Positions 26,179 to 41,068 of a stretch of 64,000 nt of DNA are shown here, piece by piece. This DNA is from Adineta vaga. Its lineage: Eukaryota; Animalia; Rotifera. The stretch is taken from assembly GCA_021613535.1 (NCBI GenBank), contig CP075495.1, positions 11,284,001 to 11,348,000 on the forward strand, in the 5' to 3' direction. The position numbers were made by a program, and so were the translations under genes. The notes below the pieces were generated by a model, which was given only the letters and a program-made list of their open reading frames with translations, did not search any database and was not told the origin of the DNA. The stretch's first letter is position 1. Each line of letters opens with the position of its first letter.

Positions 26179-28337
26179 CTAATTTATTTGTAATATAATA
26201 CATATATATATATAAATAGAATGTAAAATTTTAATCAATATATTATATAAATAAAGTAATAAAGAAAATATCAAAATTCTATTGTATAAATTAGATACAT
26301 CTATATATAAATGCAAAAAACAAGGTGAAGTTGTTGATGAAGAACATTGTCGTAATTTATTATTTATTTGAAGAGAAAAAAGTAAAAAACGATCTGAGTA
26401 GCATTGTTGTTATTATTATTGACAAATGTATTAGTGTCAAAAAAAGATTAACATTGTGAAAATAAGACAAAAAAGAATATCATTAATTCTATGAATCTGA
26501 ATATTGTTTAACAGTAGAAGAGTTCGTCATTAGTTTAAGAGAAACAAAACGAGTACAATATCATTGAATTCATTCAAATGAATTTATCATGTGAGATAAG
26601 TATTAATTTCAATTCTATCTAGATTTCAAACTTCAGGCGTTATCCGTTAATACTAACCTCAATAATAATGATAAGCATCTTTTTATTTCTATTATTAGAA
26701 TTTCGATAGATAGACATACTCTTTTGATCTTTTCTTCATAGAATAATTTATATTAATAATAAACTGAAAAGTATTTAAAAAAAATAAAGTATTCACAAAA
26801 TAGAAATAAATCTATTCTTTAATGTATTATAAAAGAAAATGATTAAGAACAAATAGAAGTTGACAGACATCAATATTAAATTACTCAACAATTGCACTTT
26901 TCAAAAAAAAAGAAGAAGTGTCAGAAAAGAAAAGGTAGATATAATACGTAGGTAAATAAAAATAGAGCTTTTCGCTAATATATTCTATGAAAATAAGAAT
27001 AATAAGAACATTTTTTTTCTTCATTTCTCTTCATAATTAGATCGTCGGTTTTTTAGACCATCTATGTCATCAGTCAGTTTTTTTTCTTTTTTCTTCTCTA
27101 ATTCTATATTCATTAGAATAGTGTTTTCTTTTTCTATTTTGAGACCTATTTCTTTATTCTAATGATAACTTGATTAATGCAAGAGAGATAGAGAGAGAAA
27201 AAGAAGATTTTTTTCTTGGTGGCAAAAAGCATTCATTGTGTTGTATTAAGTAACAAATTGATAGTATTAGTTGAACTGTATGTCATCAATGATAGACGAT
27301 ATAATAAGGTTCGATTTATTCTTCGAATTACAGTCGTTATCTTCCAAACGATGATGAGAAGACAAGAAAAAGAAAAGCGAAGGCGGCTTCTTCCGTTTCT
27401 TTTTCCGCTACGAACTAATTGTGGGTGCATGCTACAACCAGAGAAGAAGGCAGAGAAAGAACGTCAATATTAAGAACAAACACGCTTTCTTATACCGAGT
27501 TATGTAGTAGTAGTAGTCGTCGTCTGCTTGTCTTTGAGAATCTAACATAAAGCAGAAGAAAAATGTTCATTTCTTTCTTCTCTTTTTTTCCCCTTCTCTC
27601 ATCTACAACTACTGTTAATAAAAGCAGAGATTAGATAGGAAGAGACAAACATCATTGCTTTTACTTCTTATGCAAACCTACTGTGATCTCTGTCATTACA
27701 CTTACTTCTTCATGCAGACTTTTCTCTCAACGTTGAGCATAACTTAAACACTAAATTTATCAAGTTCTATTCTAATATCTTGAATAACTATCATTACAGT
27801 TGATCATTTGATTATAACTAAGTCCATATGGTTTTAAAAAGTAATTATTAGATCAAAGTAATAGCAGAAAACTGTTTGATGCGTAATTTTTATCTGCGAA
27901 AAGGCATTTTTTGTCTTCACACTCATGATTATGAATATGAGGAAGTATAATTATCATTAATCATTTTCTCATATTTTTTCCTTTGCTCTCTCGCTCTCTC
28001 TCTCTTCGACGATTCTTTTTTAATCTACATTTTTTTTTCTATATGTCAGCCTGGTGGAATCCATGATCTTTCTATTTATCACTGAGAAAAGTTGAAATTA
28101 CATTCTTCTTTTCCTCTTTCAAAATCAATAAAGAGAACCAACAAAAACCATAGTTTAACCTTCGTAGTCATATTCAATAGAAAACGACAGCAGCCATATT
28201 TTACTAAGGAACAAATAAGTATAGAAAGATTAAGAGTCAATAGAGAAAAATGTTAAATAGGATTGTTTTTTCAGTTCTAGTCATTATCATTTTTATTTCT
28301 AATTCTTATACTCTATTTTAAAGATAAAATTAACATT

Positions 28338-31322
<2,985 letters not shown>

Positions 31323-32783
31323 AATATCTTCATAGAAAACCAATATCAAGAAGAAAAAAAACAGTGAAGACATTCCTTATTTTGTTTTATATCTATTTCT
31401 TTCTTTCTATCTTCATAATGTGCAATATCGGTACATTTATTGTTGTTCGTTTTTGTTAAAGACTAATCAATATTTACTTGCATTGTAATTTTTATAATTG
31501 TTGTTCGAGACATTGGTATATATTGTTCTATCAACGGTTATTAATGTAAGTTAGTCAAAGCTTGATTGTTCGTCTTGTTCGTTCTTTTTTCGTTGGAAAC
31601 AACTGTAGTTGGTTTTTGTGGAAAAGTTTATTTATTGATATGAATGTATATATATGGACGAAATCAATTCGATGATATATATTTAAGATACAAAAAAAAC
31701 AGAAAAATTATGTTCTGAATGTAAATGATTTATTTATAATAAAAAATAAATACATTATTGTAACTCATAATTATGAAACATTGATATGTACTCATCAAAC
31801 TGACACAAGATTATTAAAACGTTGATTTTATTCGGCATCAAAAATATCTTCAAATGATTTACAAACGAAATACTGTATTTTTTTTTCTCTTTTTAATCTG
31901 TGATAAAAAGAATTCTCTAAAAACTAATCCTTTAGCAGAAGTTAAATGCTTGATTACCTATTCAATCAAATAAAACAATCATGCGATGCGACATATAAAC
32001 AATGGCAGGTTCTTCAATATATATTCAATAGTTTATCAAAGATAAAACAATTCTTGTACTGATAAACATAGAATACGGTATTATAATTCGTGCTTATATT
32101 TTTTTAAAGAAATATTTGTAATCCAAATATATCTTATGAATATTCACTATGAGAATTTCCATCGTCTGATATTAGAATCATAAAAACAAATTCTATATAT
32201 ATATATATGTATTTGAATGAAAACAACAGATTTAAGACTTTGCATTCTTGAGATTGGAGGTACTGCTTTTGTTATGAACGAACAATTTTAAATATGTACG
32301 ATTATAAGTAGTGAGTCTTAGTATAATACTTATTCCATAGTATTTGGTTAATGTTTATCTGTAACATTAATAACAAATCGAGAATCTTAGATAAAACTTT
32401 ATAACAAAAAAAAACGGATTTTTTCTCTTTATGAATGTAACCAAAAGGTTCAACTTGATCTTTTTCTTCTTATATCATTGCTAAAATAAAAAAATCACAT
32501 TCATGATATAATTAGTGAAGTAAAATGAAACGTTAAGCAACTTTTGTGTAGGTAAGATTGATCATTATAGTTTAGGTATCAATACTTAAATATATATAAT
32601 CTATTTTCTTCGTCTATATCAAAAAATAATCTACAAGTGATATTCAAATTCTATCATATAGATTTCTAATCATCGTCAATAAACAATTATTCGATATTTT
32701 CATCTAAATTGTAAAGATTAATGATGTATACGAATGTATTGTTTTTATGTAATTCAAATCATTCAGAAAATCTCAAACAAAAT

Positions 32784-33781
32784 ATGAGCAATGGATTTAT
32801 AACTACTTATAATTCAATAAAGTTGGCTATTCTATTACCTTGTCAAGTTTTATCAATTTTCTTTTCATTATTTCTATGGATCTTTATCATACGTAGTTCA
32901 TTTAAATTAGTTAAATCAATTCGAAATCATTTTATATTAATTCTATTAATAATAAGTTTTATTCAAGTTTTAATTGAATTATCAATGGTAGAGAATTATT
33001 TATTTATAGGTGTTGTTCGACCATCAACATATAATTATTGTCTATTTTTTAATTGGTTTGAATTGACATTACATGGCACTAGTTTATATGTCAGTAAGTT
33101 GATTTTGTCAAATGTTTGATAATAAGAAAGATTCATTCTTATTTATATTTAGTGTTCTGGACATCCATTGAACGACATATTCTGATTTTTTCTTATTCAA
33201 TCTTTCAAAGTCAATGGAAACGTATTATATTTCATTATATCCCATTGACTATTGTTACTATCTATCCAACGGTGATCTACAGTTATTTAATTTTGATTTA
33301 TAATTGTGTTAATAATTGGAATTATAATGAATTATTATGTACAGTACCTTGTTTTTATCAAAATAAAACGCTTCGTACAATAAATTGTTTCGCTAATATA
33401 ATTATTCCCGTATTTTCAATTGCAATAGTAAATATCGCATTAATTATTCGTGTTACATTTCATTCAATCAAAATGTCAGCAAATCTTCGACGAAGAAGAA
33501 AGTATCGAAAAATAACTTTACAATTACTTCCTATTTCTTCACTCTTTCTTGCATGTTGGTTACCCATATCGATCATTGATTTAATACAACAATTTTTCTG
33601 TCCAACATTTTTAATTGATATACAATTTGATGTGTTTTTGTATTTAATTTATTTTATTCAAATTCTTCTTCCATTTCTATGCTTATTTTCTTTAGTAAAA
33701 TTTAAGAAACAAATCATCATATTCTTGCAACGTGTACGAAGAAGAAATGTGGTTGACATTGTTCCAACAATTCAGCAATAA
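32784..33781 (+). CDS. Rhodopsin-like orphan GPCR; two exons
   Basis: Seven hydrophobic segments. Spliced TM3 YVMFWTSIERH (DRY-equivalent), TM3/ECL2 cysteines, TM6 CWLP. Intron 33094-33152. Confidence 0.85.
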
Positions 33782-34339
33782 ATTACAGTGTATATTTCGA
33801 TTATAATATTATAAAATCATGCAAAATGGTTGCAGATGAATGATGTAGACATTCGTCAAGAGAGAAAGACTTTATAATGAATGCATGAATTTGATTAATG
33901 TGACTTTGATCTCGGAATTCTCGGAACTTTTCTTCTTGATAATAAAAGTTTTGTCAAAAATAATACATTATACATGGAGATAAAATTTTATATATATGAG
34001 GCAAGAAAATCTAGTTCACGTGATAATGACAGATCTGCGACACATAAGATTCTATTTTTATGTGTTCGAAGTAGTAGGAAAAAAATGTCCCCAACGTACA
34101 TTTCACTCATAACGAGTTGTAACCTTTTCTGCTTAGTGCAAATTTATTATTTCAAAGAGAATATTATGATTTGTGAGATTGTAGACTATTGATACCATCG
34201 ATCGAACTTATTCCTTGTACTATAATTCATAAAAAATGAGATTTTCAGGATATTATTTCGAAATTTATTTCAAAATCAATTATTAAACAGTATGCAATTC
34301 TTTTCACCCATTAAATCCCTGTCTTTCGAAACGTAGAAT

Positions 34340-34678
34340 TTATCCACGAGCCACGCAGTAACGGCCTCGTTTAGCATTGCCATCGTAACACATGAGACCA
34401 GAACAACATGGTGGTAAACCAGGACCACAAGTCCATATATGTGGGAGGCACATTTGTTGAAATTGTGGTAGTTGTTGTTGCATAAGTGGAAAAGGATACA
34501 TATTTTGTCGACGAACTACATGTTCATTATTTAAACTTCCATGATGCATTGAATCTGTATTTGCTAATCGTTCTTTAACATACATATCCAAAAAACGATC
34601 ATGATCATTTGTTGGAGGATTTGGATAAGCAAATATTAAAGGTAATAATAGAAGAATACAATAATAATATGAATTCAT
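34340..34678 (-). CDS. Secreted inhibitor-cystine-knot (knottin/conotoxin-like) prepropeptide, 112 aa
   Basis: Signal MNSYYYCILLLLPLIFA, propeptide, RR site, then a C-x6-C-x6-CC-x4-C-x10-C domain and a terminal Gly. Confidence 0.82.
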   Translation of the reverse strand: MNSYYYCILLLLPLIFAYPNPPTNDHDRFLDMYVKERLANTDSMHHGSLNNEHVVRRQNMYPFPLMQQQLPQFQQMCLPHIWTCGPGLPPCCSGLMCYDGNAKRGRYCVARG

Positions 34679-36063
34679 TTTTTTTATCAATATTTCAATG
34701 CTAAAAAGAAACCGTTTTGAAAATTGATTATTCTAATCGGATCAAAATATATGTACTACTTTGCCACAGACAATCAACAATATAGTCGTATGATAATCTA
34801 TGTGTGCGTACGTGCATTACTTATATGCATCTACTATGAATCGACGACGAAGGACAGGAAAGAGAGATAACATATTTATTCAGCATTCAGATTTTTATCT
34901 CAAACAAGAGAAGATTGACGCTTATGTAAAGTGATACTATTAAAAAAGATTTCTCAAAACAAAAACAAACATAGAATCACCGATGTCGTCAATTGGAAAC
35001 TATGTCTACTATAGTCATCCTATCAGGTCAAACCCTCCTTAACTCTAAACAAAGTATTGTAAAACTTTCCAACACGTCGAAAAACTATAATTATAATTAT
35101 CTTGATTTGCTCATTTGATCATGCGTAAAATTTTAGAAAAAGAGAAAATAATTTTTTTTGTTAATGACAGAATAGTTGACGTCAGCATAACAAGTATTTA
35201 AATATTTATTTTCTGTCTGAAACATTGTCACTTTGAATAGGTAACAATTGTACATGACTAAATATAAAATTGAATCTATATAAAGACGACAACATCTCGT
35301 TTAAAATATCGCAAAAGAAAACGTGATTTAAATGTATACTAGATTACAAGCATGAAAATAAATAATTACTACATATATGTTTGCAGAAAAATGTTATTTA
35401 GGTAATCGGAAATAAATAAAAATATATCATAGAGAAAACTTCATGATGTTATTAAATCTAGAGGATCAAACGCAAGGTATCGCACTCGTTCATAGTGATA
35501 TGATTGCACTAAATTCTTTGAACAATAGATACTGTTCTGTGATATCTGCTCGAATGTATTGAAAGAAAAGAAGATTGTACTTTTTGGGTATATTATAATA
35601 ATATGTTCTATTGGAAAATGTGTTATATCATAGTATGATATTACTCATTTGGTACAAATAAATATAAATTACAAAGATGTCTTGTGGCATTTCTTTTCGA
35701 AAATGTCAACGAGATAGTATAAGAAAATTGTTTGGCATTGAGTTTTGAATTGTTTTTCTTTTACTACAGAATAATATTCAATGACATAATAAATAAGTCA
35801 TTAACCAAAAGAAAAGAATAATTATCATTTAGTAATAGGAAGTCAGTTTTTTCTTTATTATTTATTACAATAAGACTTAAATTTCACAAAAAATCTGTTT
35901 GAAGTTTCATATCAATGATAAAAAATGTATTCAAATACGTAAAATGTGATTCAATGAAAAAAATAAATAGTACGTAGGAGATTTCAAACATGACAAAATG
36001 TTAAATACATCAGATCGAAAAGAAAAAGAAAATATATATATGTAAGCTCTATTGATCAAAATC

Positions 36064-39000
36064 TTAGACATTTTGAGAAACACTAGTTGTTGTTGATGTT
36101 CCAGTGGCTGATGATGAAATACTCGATGCATTTTCTTGTGTAATACCAAGAATACTTTCAATATCATTGATCGCTAACTAAATAAAGCCAATAGGAAAAA
36201 AAACGAAAAGATTTTCTTGGTATGTTTTCATATGAAAATGAATACAAAAAACAACTAACCATAAAATTACTTCTTCCTTGCATATTTGTTGTTGTAATTT
36301 CTTGATTAATTGAATTTAGATTATAAGCAAAATTTGATAATGTATTTTGTAATGAATCACCAATTGCTACCATGCCAAGATTTTCATGACGATCACTTTC
36401 TAATAATGCAAAAATACTACCTTGTCTTTCTCGAATATCAAAACCAACACCATGAGCACGACACATTTGAAAGAAGACGCTCAATTGAAGAACAGGAAGA
36501 TTTGAATGATACAATCGAGATGTCCAAACAGCAAAACGATTTTTTTCAACAATCTGTAAGAAAAGAAACATTGAATATATCAATAAATAGTCAACGATGT
36601 TTTTACTTGTTGTTCAGGTGCATCCGTTTGCCAATTTCTCATTCGTTGTTTGACTTGTTTAACTTTAACAGTATATGAATGTGTTTGAGAATCAAAATGA
36701 CCTTGTGTAAGAAAATGCATCATTCGATAGAGTGCTAAATGCTCTGAATATCCAATAGATAAATCAACTGCCCATAAATGTTGCTTATCAGTTTTTGCAT
36801 CAATAAATGTAACAAAATCAATATCAACATAACCATAGATATCTCGTTGTTTACATTGTTCAGCAATTTGATTACAATATTGATTTAAATCATTTGGTTC
36901 AACACTTGATTGAGGAAATGATACACCCCAACAAGAAAATTGAGATTCAGCATGTAAATGATCACCTGAATAAATAATTCTATGATGACCATTTGGTTCA
37001 ATCGAAAGACAAACAGTAATTGATGTAACTGAATCAGATGGAGGATATGCTTCAATAATACCACCTTGAGCAAGGAAAACTTTCGAATAACTTTGCCAAT
37101 TATTATATAAAGTTTTATTTACACAAATAGTATGTTTTTCAAGAACGTCAAGTAATTCAGAAAGAATTTTTGCATATGAATGTTCCTAGAAAATCCATAT
37201 ATATACATGGGTCTTTATTCGGTTTAATTTTAATCTTACTTGTGCCCATCGTTGTGACCATTTATCACCAAATCTAGCTGCTTCTTTTAAGACACTTTTA
37301 TAGCACGGAAGATGCTTTACAACATCACAATATGCAATACCTAATCCATCAAAATCATCATCAATTTTAAATAACCATCGTTGAATATCCAAATGTTCAA
37401 TAATCAATTGTGATAAAGATTCGAGAAAATGATGTTCATTATAAATATCAAATTCACCAAATGGAACAGGAACTTTACTTGCATCAAAAATTCGTTTTGA
37501 ACCTGATTTTGTTGAAAGTAAATCAGAAATTTCCGGTTCACAACCTAAACAATTTAGATAACAAATCGATCTTTGAAAAATGAATCTTAACAAACCAAAT
37601 ATTGGAATTTTCAAAAATTCAGCTATATAAAGATCATCAGTATGTGAAACACTCGTAACCATATACGCTTCACGACCTTTGATTAAATTTCTAATTCTAA
37701 ATTTGAATAAGAACAAATTAAAGATGTTTTTCATCTACATGAAATTTATTACCGTTTCAAAGCTTTCGGACTATATTTAAGTAATGTAGCTAAACACATA
37801 TTATGAGTCTAAATATTTTCGAATAAAAATATTTTCCAATACATTTCAAGATAATGATATACATACTGGAAAACTATGTAAAGCTTCAGGTACAACAATC
37901 ATATATCGATCACAATTATAATCCGATGCCGATGACGATGCTACATGTTCACTATCTTGTTGAATATTGACTCGTAAATTGATCTAAATGAAAAATGGAA
38001 AAAAATAAACAAATTTGTTCAACAATGTCTTACTAATTTATTATAATATTGTAAAAATTCTTCATTAACAGACATAGGTGATACATAAATAATATCAACA
38101 TTTGGATCATCTAATTCACATAAACGACCTATTTGATGATTTTCTCTAATGGGCAATGTATTTAATTTTCGTCTAACACGGTGTGGTAAGCCTAATGATG
38201 GAATATGAACAATAACACGACGATTAGTTGATATTGTTGACCAACGTTGTTTTAGATCTTTTTGTTTAGTTCTAAAGAATTCAATTTGACGTTGACGACT
38301 AAGTTTTAATTGAAATCGTGCTTTAGCTAATTTCACCATCATTAACCATGATAAAGCGATAACACCCGCTGCCCATTTACGTTTTCGTAAACGAATATAA
38401 GCTCGACGATCACGAAAACGACGCCAATAAGATTGAATTGCAATCGCTGCACGATCTTTTCCACCACTACCAACAAATCGACGTCCCTAATTTATAAGAT
38501 TATTTATAGATAAAAGAAAAAAGAATAAAAATCAATTTTAACTTACAATTCGTTTTACTAATTCTTCAACTTCTTCTCGATTAAGAACAGCACTTAGAAG
38601 TTCATCCAGAGTAGGTTTATGTTCAAGTTCAATAGTTTGTGCCAATTCAACAACTCTAAGTAATTCAAATGAATATTTGTTAGACAAAGTAGAATTCTCT
38701 TACCTTTCGCTATTAATAAATGCAACTGGTATAGCGTAATCGTACATAATTTTTTCTAACATTCGAAATACAGTTACAATATTTCCCCACATTAAACAAT
38801 GCAATTGTCGAAATTGTAAGAATTCGTCTGTTTGATCTTTTGTTAAACCATTTTGTATGATTAAACGAGCTGATTTTTTATAATCAACATTCGATGCTGG
38901 CGTTGATACTGTACGACCAGCAATACCACTATCTGTTGCTGCTGTTGTTAAAACATTTTTTTGTGTTCGATTTGCCGATGATTTTCGTGATTCAATTAGT

Positions 39001-40343
39001 GTAGGTGCATGAAATTTAGCTGATGATCCTGTTAGATTAACATTTTGTTCACTTGGGTCAGTTAATAATCCACTTGAAGTATGTTCTGCAATGGCAGGAT
39101 GTAATGTAGGTTTATCAGTTATAGCTAGTTGTTGACCAGTCGTTGGTTGAAGATGGTAAACAGATATATTTGAATCATCTAATACAAATGTTTTCTTAGG
39201 TATTTTACAAGGAAAACAGTTATAGTTTACCTCTAGTAAATGCTCGCATACGTGAATATGGATCATTTAAACTTGATTTTTTAGGTTGAATAGCAGGAGG
39301 GTCTAATGTAATATTAGCACCTTGTGGAATAATACCACGTTCTACTAAACTTATAATTCCTCGTTTGGCATCTTCAGATGTAAGTGGAACTGGATAATCC
39401 TATAAAAGATCGATTATATTTCAAAATAATGATGAAAAATAACTATTTCTTACAATTGGATTACGTCGAGTTTTATATGGTAAAATACCAGCTGGCTCAG
39501 TTGTTTTTCCTGACAAAACATTTCTCGATATTGGCTATATATATATATATAGAATACTATGATAAATAGAAGACAAATAAAATATATCAACTGATTACTG
39601 TTCGATTTTGCTGTTGTTTTTCAATTGATGGTAATTGAATACCATAATTATCATTTAAAACTTGCCGATTACGTTTATTAAATGGATTTCGTATAATTTT
39701 CGATTGATATTCATGACGAGCAACAGCACCTGGTGCAACTGGTCGATGTTGTTGAGCACCAATAGATATAACTGGTATACTTTCAGCATATCTTTGACGA
39801 CTAAGAAAATCAATGATAACAAGTTAGTCGAAAGAGAAAAAAACCAAGATTTTATTTACGATGCGCCTACTGCTGTATTAACATGTAATCTTCCTCGTGA
39901 AGTAACAGCACTATCAATTCGATGTTGATATTGATCAAATGTAGAATTCTTTTGATAATGTTGTTGAGCATTCTGTACTTGATTAAAAGATAATGTTGTA
40001 ACTGTATTTCCATTAAGCATATTTAAAACATCATCAGTTCTTTCCTTGAAATATTCATTTGAAATCTTATTTAAATTATAAATAATTAATTAAAATATAC
40101 TTTTATATTATGTTCTGCTCGAGCAAGCATGTCTGATAAATCATTCATATCAGAAGCTTTGTCTTGCTGTTGTTTAGAAACATATGTTTTCAACGTACGA
40201 AATTCATCACGAATCTTTAATCGAAATATAAAATCATAAAAATAAATGACAGTTCTTCTTACTTCTTGAAGCATATCGCACACTTTCTCTGCACCAGAAT
40301 TTCCATTTCTATTACTATTCGATGTAGGTACCAAGGCCATCAT
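36064..40343 (-). CDS. IQCH: IQ motif-containing protein H; multi-exon
   Basis: GIISLVERGIIPQGA, IQ motif (AAIAIQSYWRRFRDR), VIVHIPSLG, IGRLCELDDPNVDIIYVSP, STKSGSKRIF, WLFKIDD, GVSFPQSSV and FFQMCRAHGVGFD match my recollection of IQCH. Confidence 0.85.
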
Positions 40344-40497
40344 TTTGATTACTACTTATATATATTCTAGAATCATACAAGATTTTTCTAGTTTGATTTC
40401 TAAATATCAATGAATGATCACGCGCGTAAATCATTCATCTTCATTCTTGTTTTCTTTTTTGTTAGTGATAGAGTGCGCCAAAAAGATAATAAACGTA
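40344..40497. promoter_or_regulatory. Probable bidirectional promoter between IQCH and the MGST1-like gene
   Basis: Only 154 bp separate the divergent start codons. TCACGCGCGTAAA lies centrally at 40418-40430. Confidence 0.6.
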
Positions 40498-41068
40498 ATG
40501 CAATACGGAGGTGGTGGACATACATTAAACAATCTTATTTCCAATGGATCCTATTCATTTTCTAATCCAATCTTTGCATCGTTAGCTGGCTATTCATCTT
40601 TGGCACTTTTGAAAATGTTAGGTATGTCAACATACACAATTATTCAACGTTTTCGTACAGGAAATTTTACAACACCTGAAGATAATATTTACAAACAATT
40701 AATGAATCATATAGGCTTATCTAATAATAGTATGATGGGAAATAAGAACGATCTTATTGAACGTGCACGAGAAAATCATTTAAATGATTTGGAAAATATC
40801 ATTCCATTTGTCTTAGTTGGTCTGTTTTATGTTGGAACACAACCTAAAGTTGATTGTGCTCTATGGCATTTTCGAATATTTCTTCTTTCTCGTCTTTTTC
40901 ATACTATTGCTTATCAAGTATGTCGAATCTCGCTCTTCTTTCTATCAAGTCATATTTGTCAATATCTAGGTTCCGTTACCTCAACCAACTCGAACAATTT
41001 CATGGCTATTAGGTTATTCAAGTATAATTTCAATGACAATACCAATCCTTCGTTCGATTCAATTATGA
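40498..41068 (+). CDS. MGST1: Microsomal glutathione S-transferase 1-like (MAPEG family); two exons
   Basis: FTTPED, IERARENHLNDLENIIPF and RLFHTIAY motifs. Intron 40918-40969; second exon VPLPQPTR... Confidence 0.88.

Noticed and set aside
36064-40343. IQCH (sperm-associated in mammals) as evidence of cryptic sex
   Set aside because: A general motile-cilium role would explain its retention, and the species identity is itself only inferred.
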